Shown: piece after piece, positions 9,601 to 18,253 of the stretch | How the letters are laid out: each line of letters starts with the position of its first letter | Position numbering within the stretch: the first letter of the stretch is position 1 | Source: Minisyncoccia bacterium | GTDB taxonomy: Bacteria > Patescibacteriota > Minisyncoccia > Moranbacterales > GCA-2747515 | Length of the DNA: 64,000 nucleotides | Direction of reading: 5' to 3' | Assembly (NCBI GenBank): GCA_041738235.1 | Contig: JBGSQF010000013.1 | Location: forward strand, 321,899 to 385,898 | Program-made: the position numbers and the translations under genes | Notes under the pieces: generated by a model | Told to the model about the DNA's origin: nothing | What the model saw: the letters and a program-made list of their open reading frames with translations, nothing else | The model's database searches: none

Positions 9601-10483
9601 GTACTAACGTAAAGGAGATGCGTCGTCTCATCCAAGAAAGCATGCGATACGGAATTATGTCCTATCGCAGGTGTGGTGGTAGTTTTGTATGTTTTTACAA
9701 GTGTGTCATCACCAGCGCTGACCGTTCCTTGCGTGTTGATCACGGTAAGACCTCCACCCAAAGTAGCTATATAGAGAAGATTACGTAAATCATCAAGAAA
9801 AGCATATTTAACAGTGCTGTCATCGATTGCTGGGGTTGTAGTAGTGGTGTAGGTAGTAACCAAAACATCATCAGAGGGAGAAACAGTTCCTTGCGTGTTG
9901 ATCACAGATAATCCCTGACCATCAATGCTTATGTAGAGAAGATCGTTCTTTAAGAATGAGTTATGTATCATATTCCCGGGCAATGCTGGAGTCGATTCTG
10001 TGGAGTAAGTAATAATCAAACTGTCATCAGTTGGATCAACGGTATTACGCGTGTCTATAACTGAAACGCCTAATGAAGTATTAATATACAAAAGACCCTT
10101 AGAGACATCGAGAAATGAACTCCCTGTATTCCTGCTACTAAGCCCCGCAAAAGATCCGCTGGAATATAAATAACTTTTACCAAGAGTTACTTTCCCCTCA
10201 CCATTACGTGAAACTCTTGTAACAAGAGGACTATTATTTACGTAACCTGAATTAAAATCTCCGTCTGTGGTATCTGTATGAATGGTAGTTTTATATTTTA
10301 GACGTAAGTCTCCCGGAATTTGATAAAGATCAATATTTTCATCAGTTGTCCCCATCTCCCAATCCTCCTGAGAAGTAAAAACTTGCCCCTGACTTGAGGC
10401 GTAGACGAACTGCAAAGAAAAAAAGGGGGCCAACAAACATAAAAAAAAGGAAAAAACAATATTTTTTTTATTTTTTTCAGCAT
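6660..10483 (-). CDS. Large surface protein (repeat beta-propeller, Kelch propeller, Ig-like C-terminus) with a frameshifted signal peptide
   Basis: ORF 6660-10436 has ~54-aa LYV...GLTVINTQGTV...DD repeats and Kelch repeats (IYVVGG...YDP..DTW); ATG at 10483 is one base out of frame across homopolymer runs. Confidence 0.8.
9343..9596. repeat. Exact 92-bp intragenic direct repeat (9343-9434 and 9505-9596)
   Basis: Identical sequence at a 162-bp (54-codon) period. Confidence 0.9.
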
Positions 10484-10583
10484 ATCTTTAATAATTATTT
10501 TAACGCAAACCTTCTAAGAAAATGTAATAAAACCACTTTTTCAATAATATCACAAACATCCAAACTAAGATACATTAGATCTG

Positions 10584-11870
10584 CTATGGCATCGTATACG
10601 GTATCTCTTTCCATCGTTTGGTTTGTCGACAGAGAAGTTTTCCCGCTTCCTCCGGATGCGCCATCGCTTGCTCAACGGCCAACTCCATTCGCATGCCCTG
10701 TGATCCCTTTACTAAAACAATGTCGTTGGTGCGAAGATGACTCACAATAAATTTCCCAGCCGATACAGGATCTTCAAAAAGCGCTATGGATTTCTTATGT
10801 ATCCCCTCTCGTTCCAAAGCGTCCCCCAAGAGTTTCATACGCGACCCCACCAATACGATCCCAGCTGGTCGCATCTTTGCTATTGGCTTGGCTAACAACA
10901 TATGCCCTTCCACCTCTTCCGCGCCTAACTCCAACATATCTCCCAGAATGAGTATCTTTCTCCCAAAAGGAATCTGTTCAACTGTCTTTACCGCCGCAAG
11001 CGTTGATGTTGGAGAGGCGTTATACGTATCGTCAAATATCCATGATCCATTCACCCCAGAAATTGGCTGAAGCCTCCCAGGAGAGAGCTGGAAATCTTCC
11101 GATGTTTGAATAACTTCCAAAAGATTTATTTTCAGAGCATCGGCCACCGCAAACGCCGCAAGCACCGCATACACGTGGTGTTTGGCAACAAGATATTTCA
11201 AGCGGATCGGGAGGGTTTTTCCATCGTACTGTATTTTAAACCGCATACCGCACAAACCTTTATCAGTACATACCACAGAATCATTGAACGCGCGTAGCGT
11301 AGCTCGTTTGTGAAAACCATATCCGATGATCCGAGCAGAGGTTCGTTTTCTCATCTTCCATACCCGCACATCATCAGCATTAAGCACCGCGTACCCATCT
11401 GAGCTCAACGCCTCAATAAGCCTTCCCTTTTCTTCGGCGATCGCATCAAGGGATCCAAAGAACTCAAGATGACTCGAGGATATCTCCGTCACAACTGAAA
11501 CATTGGGACGCACAATCGAAAGAAGATATTTCATATCTCCCGGACGATCTACACCCAATTCCAATATCAAGGCATCTGGATATCGAATACGAAAAACCAT
11601 CAACAATAAAAATCGAAATCCGACTCCTATCCACCGAACGAGAGACCTTCCCGGAGCATCACATCCAAGTATTGTCAGAGGGACGCCAATTTCATTATTG
11701 AAGTTCTTTTCACTGCCACGCACAAACACGCGTGGTGAAAGGATGTGCATGATAGCGTCTTTTGTGGTCGTTTTTCCAACTGAACCAGTCACGCCTACAA
11801 CAACCGGTCGGTACTTTAGAAGCACCCCTTTGGCCATATATTTCAATATCCACTGCATCAATCCTTTCAT
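10584..11870 (-). CDS. murF: UDP-N-acetylmuramoyl-tripeptide--D-Ala-D-Ala ligase
   Basis: GVTGSVGKTTTK, NFNNEIGVPLT, DDTYNASP, LGDMLELG, VKGSQG. Confidence 0.93.
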   Translation of the reverse strand: MKGLMQWILKYMAKGVLLKYRPVVVGVTGSVGKTTTKDAIMHILSPRVFVRGSEKNFNNEIGVPLTILGCDAPGRSLVRWIGVGFRFLLLMVFRIRYPDALILELGVDRPGDMKYLLSIVRPNVSVVTEISSSHLEFFGSLDAIAEEKGRLIEALSSDGYAVLNADDVRVWKMRKRTSARIIGYGFHKRATLRAFNDSVVCTDKGLCGMRFKIQYDGKTLPIRLKYLVAKHHVYAVLAAFAVADALKINLLEVIQTSEDFQLSPGRLQPISGVNGSWIFDDTYNASPTSTLAAVKTVEQIPFGRKILILGDMLELGAEEVEGHMLLAKPIAKMRPAGIVLVGSRMKLLGDALEREGIHKKSIALFEDPVSAGKFIVSHLRTNDIVLVKGSQGMRMELAVEQAMAHPEEAGKLLCRQTKRWKEIPYTMP

Positions 11871-11877
11871 AAAGCAC

Positions 11878-13653
11878 CTACTGTTTAGTCACTAATTGAT
11901 CTTGTTCCGTAGGAGGGATCTTTGCATGTTCGAGAAGAAATGTCATCATCTTCCCAAAAACCGGACCAGCAACCGTTTCCGCCCAGATCACCTTTTTTGG
12001 ATTATCGATCTTTACCACCACAACAAACTTTGGATCACCGATCGGCGCATACCCCGCAAATGATCCGATAGTTATACCCTCAGCATACCCTTTTTCATCT
12101 TTCTTGGCCACCTGGGCAGTTCCTGTTTTTCCTCCCACACGGTATCCGGGGATCTTAGCCTTCTTTCCATGTCCGTTTTCTACTACACTGTAGAGCATCT
12201 CCCCGATCTGTTTCGATGTACTTTCTTGTATGACCCGACGGTCCTCTTCAGGTTGCACGACCTCGACACTCCCATCAGGATGAATGATCCGATCCACAAA
12301 TTGCGGTTTCATGAGTCGCCCGCCATTGGCCAATGCAGAATACGCACGCGCCAATTGCAACGGAGTAAGTGAAATTCCCTGACCAAATGAGGCAGTAAAA
12401 AAGTTGATCTCTCGATTCAGATAATCCAGGTTCTTTATATTGCCTAAAGCCTCTCCAATAAAACCACTTCCCGTACTTTCTCCAAAACCAAAACGCCGTA
12501 CATATTCGGCAAACATCTTGTTTCCCAAAAGCTTCTCTACATACACGGTACCCGTATTCAGAGACTCATCAAGTACTCGTGTCATAGTTTGCAATCCATA
12601 CGCCTTTTCGTCGGAGTTTTTGATTGTATAACTGCCGGAATGCACTGCTCCTGTATCCACATACGTACTTTCAGGAGTGATCTTACCTTGATCGATCCCC
12701 ATGGCTATCGTAAAGGGTTTGAAGACTGATCCACACTCATATGACGATTGAATAGGTGTATTGATAAAAAGGGAGAGATCTTCTACCTTGGAGTATTCGT
12801 TCGGATCAAAATCGGGATAGGATGCAAGGGCAAGCACCTTGCCTGTGTTTGGATCCATCACCACCATACTGCCACTATCAGCCTCATTCTCGTCTATGGC
12901 TTCTTTGAGGATCCTTTCCGCCTCATACTGGATCGTGTGGTGGATCGATAATACAACATCTGAACCATCAGAGGGCGCTTCGAAAGAACCTGCTTCATGC
13001 AACATTCGTCTTCCGCCAGCATCACGTTTCCCAGATATCACTCCAGCCTCCCCGCCCAGAACACCTTCAAATGATGCTTCTATTCCATATCGACCAAGTC
13101 TTTTTTGCCCATCTGATCCGACGAATCCGATCATATGGGATGCCAGTGTTCCTCCAGGGTAATATCGATACTCCTCTGGGTGCACAAAGACACCTTTGAC
13201 ACCAGAATTTTGTATAGCATTTTTCTGATCCTCAGAAACCCGATGCTCGATCACCTCAAATGGATCTGAGCGATCTACAAGCTTTTGTTCGATCTCTGAA
13301 CGCTCCTTTCCCAATACGCTACTGAGCAATGAAACAACTGCATTCGGATCTGAAACCATGTTTGGAGCAATATAAACCATCGGATATTCGCGATTTACCG
13401 CAGCCGGGTAGAGTCCACTCTCAGTGTCATCCTCAAGATATATTTCTCCCCTCCTTCCTTGTAAAAGCTGAGAGATGTTATGCTGCTTGTCCGCCAAAAT
13501 TTGATACGTATCAGAAGCGCTTACCTGCAAATTATACAAACGAAGACTGACTATGATCGAGATCAGTAAAACTCCCAACGACAAAAACATCACGCGAACA
13601 TTTCGCGGGATCTCTCGAATACGCTCCGCCTTTCGCGCTTTCAGTTTCTTCAT
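11878..13653 (-). CDS. ftsI: Class B penicillin-binding protein (FtsI/PBP2 family)
   Basis: N-terminal TM, RRGEIY, RYYP, GSVFKP (SxxK), SLN, KTGTAQ. Confidence 0.9.
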   Translation of the reverse strand: MKKLKARKAERIREIPRNVRVMFLSLGVLLISIIVSLRLYNLQVSASDTYQILADKQHNISQLLQGRRGEIYLEDDTESGLYPAAVNREYPMVYIAPNMVSDPNAVVSLLSSVLGKERSEIEQKLVDRSDPFEVIEHRVSEDQKNAIQNSGVKGVFVHPEEYRYYPGGTLASHMIGFVGSDGQKRLGRYGIEASFEGVLGGEAGVISGKRDAGGRRMLHEAGSFEAPSDGSDVVLSIHHTIQYEAERILKEAIDENEADSGSMVVMDPNTGKVLALASYPDFDPNEYSKVEDLSLFINTPIQSSYECGSVFKPFTIAMGIDQGKITPESTYVDTGAVHSGSYTIKNSDEKAYGLQTMTRVLDESLNTGTVYVEKLLGNKMFAEYVRRFGFGESTGSGFIGEALGNIKNLDYLNREINFFTASFGQGISLTPLQLARAYSALANGGRLMKPQFVDRIIHPDGSVEVVQPEEDRRVIQESTSKQIGEMLYSVVENGHGKKAKIPGYRVGGKTGTAQVAKKDEKGYAEGITIGSFAGYAPIGDPKFVVVVKIDNPKKVIWAETVAGPVFGKMMTFLLEHAKIPPTEQDQLVTKQ

Positions 13654-13670
13654 ATCTCCTGTAGTGACTC

Positions 13671-13994
13671 CTATCGCAAGGCAAGAGGCCCTGAACCGTT
13701 AACATACAAAACCTCTTCAGGGGCGATCGCTTGAAATTCACCCTCCCTATCTTTCAGTCGATGCAAAGAAGAAAGTTCTGCCATCTCGATCTGAAGCTGA
13801 CGATATTCCTTTGAGAGTTCCTGTATCCTCTGCTCCGAACGATGACTGCTGTTTCCTTGGATAGCGATCGCATTCGTTGAAGCCAGATAAAAACCAATCG
13901 AGACAAAAAGTATCGCCCCAGAAAAAGCAAGAAATATCACACAGAATCGTGATGTATATGCATGCTCATGTTGATGATGATGTCGTACGGTCAT
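13671..13994 (-). CDS. FtsL-like cell division protein
   Basis: Single TM plus coiled coil; lies between rsmH and ftsI; start uncertain. Confidence 0.6.
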   Translation of the reverse strand: MTVRHHHQHEHAYTSRFCVIFLAFSGAILFVSIGFYLASTNAIAIQGNSSHRSEQRIQELSKEYRQLQIEMAELSSLHRLKDREGEFQAIAPEEVLYVNGSGPLALR

Positions 13995-14043
13995 AGACTT
14001 TTTGTATTTTGTATTTTTACTCCCAAACCTTACCGCTTCCACA

Positions 14044-14991
14044 TCACACTCTTTGAGCCACTCGTAGCTTTGCACTTCTCGATCTTGGATTGTTTTGGAT
14101 CTCCTGATCTGATGGAATGATCGGCTTTTTTGTGAGAATTTTTATCTTTGGAAGTTGCCCGCAACGGCACACTGGGAATCCAACTGGACAAATACATCCT
14201 TGCGCTTGATCCCGGAAAAATCTCTTCACAGAAATGTCTTCGCCGGAATGAAACGTAACGATCGCTACAACTCCCCCGATCCGTGTGACCGCAATAGAAC
14301 TTTCCAAAAATGTTCTTAAACTCTCCATCTCCTCATTCACGCTCATGCGCAACGCCATAAACGTCTTCGTTGCAGGATCTATCCTTCTCCCACGGTAACC
14401 ACTCGCGGCTGCGTCACGTACTATCTTTGCTAATTCATCGGTCGTGTCTATCGACTTTTCCCTCCTCCGCTCTCCGATCGCCTGCGCGATCCGATGAGCA
14501 TATTTTTCCTGAGCGTTGTCCCTGAGTATCTTCTCAATATCTTCTACCTTCCAATTATTTATAATATCCTTTGCGGTTATTCCCTTTGATCGATCCAAGC
14601 GCATATCCAACGGACCCTCTCTCAAAAAACTCAATCCTCTTGCTACATCCTCCAATTGATCCGAAGAAATACCCAGATCGGCCACTATCACATCAACCGT
14701 TTCTAGTCCGATCTCTTTCACAATATCCAATAACTCACCAAAATTTCTTTGTATCAAATGTACTGAGACGCCCTGTTCTTTCGCTTCCAAAACCCACTGT
14801 GCTCGTTCTGCTCTTTGGATCGCTTGCTCATCTCGATCGATACCAATGTACATCCCTCCAGGCGCAATATGACGCACGATCTCTCTTCCATATCCTCCAC
14901 CTCCTAATGTTGCGTCCACCACCACCATTCCCGGTCGTAGCTTCAACACATTCACCACTTCATTCAGCAATACGGGAATATGCTTAACCAT
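14044..14991 (-). CDS. rsmH: 16S rRNA m4C1402 methyltransferase
   Basis: HIPVLL, DATLGGGG, DLGISSDQL, GPLDMR, NPRSRSAKLR. Confidence 0.95.
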   Translation of the reverse strand: MVKHIPVLLNEVVNVLKLRPGMVVVDATLGGGGYGREIVRHIAPGGMYIGIDRDEQAIQRAERAQWVLEAKEQGVSVHLIQRNFGELLDIVKEIGLETVDVIVADLGISSDQLEDVARGLSFLREGPLDMRLDRSKGITAKDIINNWKVEDIEKILRDNAQEKYAHRIAQAIGERRREKSIDTTDELAKIVRDAAASGYRGRRIDPATKTFMALRMSVNEEMESLRTFLESSIAVTRIGGVVAIVTFHSGEDISVKRFFRDQAQGCICPVGFPVCRCGQLPKIKILTKKPIIPSDQEIQNNPRSRSAKLRVAQRV

Positions 14992-15021
14992 ACGGTTCAA
15001 AATTCAACATTCAAGATCCTA

Positions 15022-15456
15022 TCAATACAATCCCAACTCTCCCAATTTTTGTGCCACACTGTCCGTATCTTTTTCTGCCTTTGCTTTATATACGCTCCAT
15101 CGCTTTTCATCCCAGATCTCGATCCGATCAAAAAGTCCTGCAACTACCACCGTCTTTTTGACACCTGCATATTTTCGTAAATACTCAGGCAAAACAATTC
15201 GTCCCTGTTTGTCCACTTCAGTGTCCGTTGCTCCCGCAAGAAGCAACCGAACAAAACTCCTGGCCTGCGCATCTCCAATTGGGAACGTGCTCAACTTCTC
15301 TGCCATCTTTTCCCACACACGGACAGGATAGGCAAACAAGCAAGCATCCAACCCTCTCGTTACGATCATCTTCTCTCCTAACTCTCCGCGAAACTTTGAA
15401 GGAACCGCTATGCGATTTTTTGTATCAACCGTATGTGTGAATTCTCCGATGAACAT
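15022..15456 (-). CDS. mraZ: Division/cell wall cluster transcriptional repressor
   Basis: MFIGEF...DTKNRIAVP, DKQGRIVLP, RIEIWD. Confidence 0.95.
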   Translation of the reverse strand: MFIGEFTHTVDTKNRIAVPSKFRGELGEKMIVTRGLDACLFAYPVRVWEKMAEKLSTFPIGDAQARSFVRLLLAGATDTEVDKQGRIVLPEYLRKYAGVKKTVVVAGLFDRIEIWDEKRWSVYKAKAEKDTDSVAQKLGELGLY

Positions 15457-15528
15457 ACAAACAAGCTAAAAGTTGAAGGTCAAAAATCCATAAAGTAGCA
15501 TGCAGAAAATTCAAGGATTCAGATTTCA

Positions 15529-15604
15529 CCACTTTTCCCCACTTATCTGCTATTTTACTCCACCAGCCCACACTCGTCAACACGAGTTATCCACCGCTCT
15601 CCAC
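15529..15604 (-). promoter_or_regulatory. dcw promoter with MraZ-type GTGG boxes
   Basis: TTGACG-17-TAAAAT (15580-15552); GTGG pairs at 10-bp spacing on both sides of the promoter. Confidence 0.8.
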
Positions 15605-15801
15605 GATGACTCTCAAATACCCCTATCTCCTCAAATGATCGCCGATCCAAGCCCTTGATGGCCGGTATTTTCTCCCTAAAGACCTTCTACCCAATAAAAA
15701 AACCACCTTTCGGCGTTCATATCCTTTCTGAAATTACTTCACCGCCCGCACAAGTTCTCTTCTTCACGATGTGAAGCTAAGAATTGTGCGGGCGACAGCC
15801 C

Positions 15802-16221
15802 CTACGCGCATACTCCGGTGCACTCAGGGTGTGGTTGTGGGTTCGGCGGTGGGTTCGGAACCTCCTGCCCCGAGTCCGCCGACCACACCCGAGGCGGTGA
15901 GATACGATTGCGCCACCACGGGTCGGTGGCTTCTCGTTCGTCGTCCTCCTCCTCGAGAGGGGGTGGGGTAACCCCGCGTTCAATCGGGGGATGCATCAAC
16001 GCCTCCCCGTCAGGAGCTGGTAGCGTCTCCGCTGGTGGCTCCACCGCCAGCTCCTCGTCCGTCAGCCCCAGGTTCCCGTACTCGTCCGTGACGGGATCCG
16101 CACTTGCCAGCGACGTCCATGTCGCCAACAAAACGAGTAGGATTAGGATGGTGACGGCCGTCACCCACCCCCACCCCTTCTGAGAACGTGGTATCTCATC
16201 GTTCGGGTCCCACACTTCCAC
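15802..16221 (-). CDS. Pro/acidic-rich orphan protein with an N-terminal TM or signal segment
   Basis: GC-rich ORF; GGAGGA SD before GTG at 16221; promoter upstream. Confidence 0.6.
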   Translation of the reverse strand: MEVWDPNDEIPRSQKGWGWVTAVTILILLVLLATWTSLASADPVTDEYGNLGLTDEELAVEPPAETLPAPDGEALMHPPIERGVTPPPLEEEDDEREATDPWWRNRISPPRVWSADSGQEVPNPPPNPQPHPECTGVCA

Positions 16222-16279
16222 TTTGTTATCCTCCAGCAAATTTTTGGGGAATTTGAAAAAAGCACCCTCCTATCCCCAG

Positions 16280-16328
16280 GTTGAAAGGTACTGTCTCCAA
16301 TATTAGCACATATTGTATATTTTGTCAA
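16280..16328 (-). promoter_or_regulatory. Sigma70 promoter plus boxA-like motif
   Basis: TTGACA-17-TAATAT then GTACCTTTCAAC. Confidence 0.55.
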
Positions 16329-16379
16329 TAGCTAAGATGGGGATCCTCGCACCCCAAAAAACCGCAAGAGAGATCTCTT

Positions 16380-17084
16380 CTATGTCGCAAGACTGAAGAA
16401 AAAGATAAGCGCGTTGGAAAGTATGAACTGTATCGGACCCGAAAAGAATATAATGATAAAAAGCAGCAGGACCATCCCATACTGTTCAAAAAGGATCTGT
16501 GCCTCTTGTGAAAAAGGAAATATCGTATAGAGAAGTTTCGATCCGTCCAAAGGAGGAATGGGGATCAAGTTAAAGAACGCCAAAATAACGTTCCAAAAAA
16601 TGATCATAATACATACCTCATAGAAGATACCTCCCAACGATCCCGCTACCACATCTGCTGTACCACTCCAATCACGACTAAACATCAACTCCTGAATATT
16701 TTGCTTCATCAAGATCGGGATCAGTGTCAACTTTGCCAGAATGGCCGCAGTTATCGCGATCACAATGTTCGTTCCCGGCCCAGCAAGCGCTACAAGCAAA
16801 GGGCCCCACTTCTGATCCCAGAGATTGTACGGATTATAGGGAACTGGCTTCGCCCATCCAAATGCCATCTGAAAGTTCGATATTAATAAGAGAAATATCG
16901 GTACGATCACTGACCCCCATGGATCAACATGACTCATTGGTTTGAGCGTGAGTCGTCCGGCATACTGCGCCGTGCGATCTCCCAACCATAGGGCCACTAC
17001 ACCATGTGAAACCTCGTGCAAAATAATGGAGTACAGCAAAATAAGCAGATAAACCCCAATAAGAATAAATTCATGCATATACAA
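16380..17084 (-). CDS. Site-2 protease (M50 family)
   Basis: HEVSH, GWAKPVP, ALAGP, FNLIPIPPLDGSK. Confidence 0.93.
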   Translation of the reverse strand: MYMHEFILIGVYLLILLYSIILHEVSHGVVALWLGDRTAQYAGRLTLKPMSHVDPWGSVIVPIFLLLISNFQMAFGWAKPVPYNPYNLWDQKWGPLLVALAGPGTNIVIAITAAILAKLTLIPILMKQNIQELMFSRDWSGTADVVAGSLGGIFYEVCIMIIFWNVILAFFNLIPIPPLDGSKLLYTIFPFSQEAQILFEQYGMVLLLFIIIFFSGPIQFILSNALIFFFSLAT

Positions 17085-17204
17085 AAATTCAATTTCTCGG
17101 AACGAATTAAAGCCTCACAATGGAAAACAACATTCCCCTCTTGCAAGAATTCCTTTTCTATGTTACCATCAATCGCACGATAAATCAACCTTAAGTTTTT
17201 CTCT

Positions 17205-17378
17205 ATGTCTGGAAAATCTTGCACTCGTTGTAACAAAGTTGCTGGAAAAGGTAATGCCCGAAGTCATTCCAATATTGCCACAAAACGCAGATTCAACGCC
17301 AACATCCAAGCCAAGACGATCGACGGAAAGCAAGAGCAACTTTGCGCTTCTTGCATCCGAACGTTGAGCAAGGCGTGA
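17205..17378 (+). CDS. rpmB: 50S ribosomal protein L28 (57 aa, absent from ORF track)
   Basis: Manual translation MSGKSCTRCNKVAGKGNARSHSNIATKRRFNANIQ...CASCIRTLSKA. Confidence 0.92.
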   Translation: MSGKSCTRCNKVAGKGNARSHSNIATKRRFNANIQAKTIDGKQEQLCASCIRTLSKA

Positions 17379-17410
17379 TCTTACTTCAGGTCATACCCTA
17401 CCCATATAAG

Positions 17411-17437
17411 AAAAAGCCGGAAAGATCCGGCTTTTTG
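17411..17437. terminator. Bidirectional terminator
   Basis: AAAAAGCCGGA-aaga-TCCGGCTTTTT. Confidence 0.8.
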
Positions 17438-17479
17438 TTGTTTACAGGCTCAGCATTCCTTTCACCATCTTCACAAAGA

Positions 17480-18142
17480 TCAAGACACCGCCACCTCACT
17501 CACGGCATTCTTAAACTCATCATAGATCGTCCTCAATTCCGAAATGTCCACATGCGAACTATAAGAAATGATCTCCATACGGATCCCTATAAGACGATCC
17601 TTGAATTTCTCACTGGACTCTCCTCGCTCAGTTGATTGCACGTAAGCCACATACACATCGCGAAGATACGTAATGAACGAAACGCATTCCTCTTTGTCCG
17701 TATACTTTGCTAAAAGCATCCGAGCTACCTCGTCCACCCGATCCACACCTCCACTAGACACCTTAAAATCCTCGTATATCTCTCGAGCAAGAGTTTTATC
17801 CATCTTTCCAACACTCAAAGATTCCTCAATATGATTTCTAGCCAATTCCTCGCGAATCTGCTCGTTGGTCCAATGCTTGATCTTTCCTTTCACAAAAACT
17901 TTTTCTGCAGATCGCATCATATCTATATACCCTACCAGATATGGGTTGGTCTCATATTTTCTCATAAGATGAAGGGAGACATCCTCAATATGTTGCCAAC
18001 GGCGATGTATCTCTGACTCCTGTCGATATTCCACCTCAAAGTTCTCGTACGGATTTCTCCCCACCATCGTTTGACCTGTGGCACCTTTTTGTTTTGAATT
18101 TTTTTGAAACCAGAGCATACGAAGAATATAATATGTCGTCAC
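17480..18142 (-). CDS. Hypothetical helical protein with an internal duplication
   Basis: Long ORF; two similar halves ending IYEDFK and IYDEFK; start uncertain. Confidence 0.65.
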   Translation of the reverse strand: MTTYYILRMLWFQKNSKQKGATGQTMVGRNPYENFEVEYRQESEIHRRWQHIEDVSLHLMRKYETNPYLVGYIDMMRSAEKVFVKGKIKHWTNEQIREELARNHIEESLSVGKMDKTLAREIYEDFKVSSGGVDRVDEVARMLLAKYTDKEECVSFITYLRDVYVAYVQSTERGESSEKFKDRLIGIRMEIISYSSHVDISELRTIYDEFKNAVSEVAVS

Positions 18143-18253
18143 TCCTTACAGATACAATACGCCCCTCCGAAAAAACCTGAGATCAACTCACCACAATGAT
18201 GTACTCTTTACTATAGTATACCACACATGAAGAGCTTGCGCTTTTTTCACAAC

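Noticed and set aside
9180-9910. CRISPR array
   Set aside because: The repeats have a codon-multiple period inside an ORF, the intervening sequences are homologous, and no cas genes are present
2405-10483. Prophage or classical integrative element at tRNA-Glu
   Set aside because: No integrase, replication, capsid or conjugation genes are present; only exported-protein cargo
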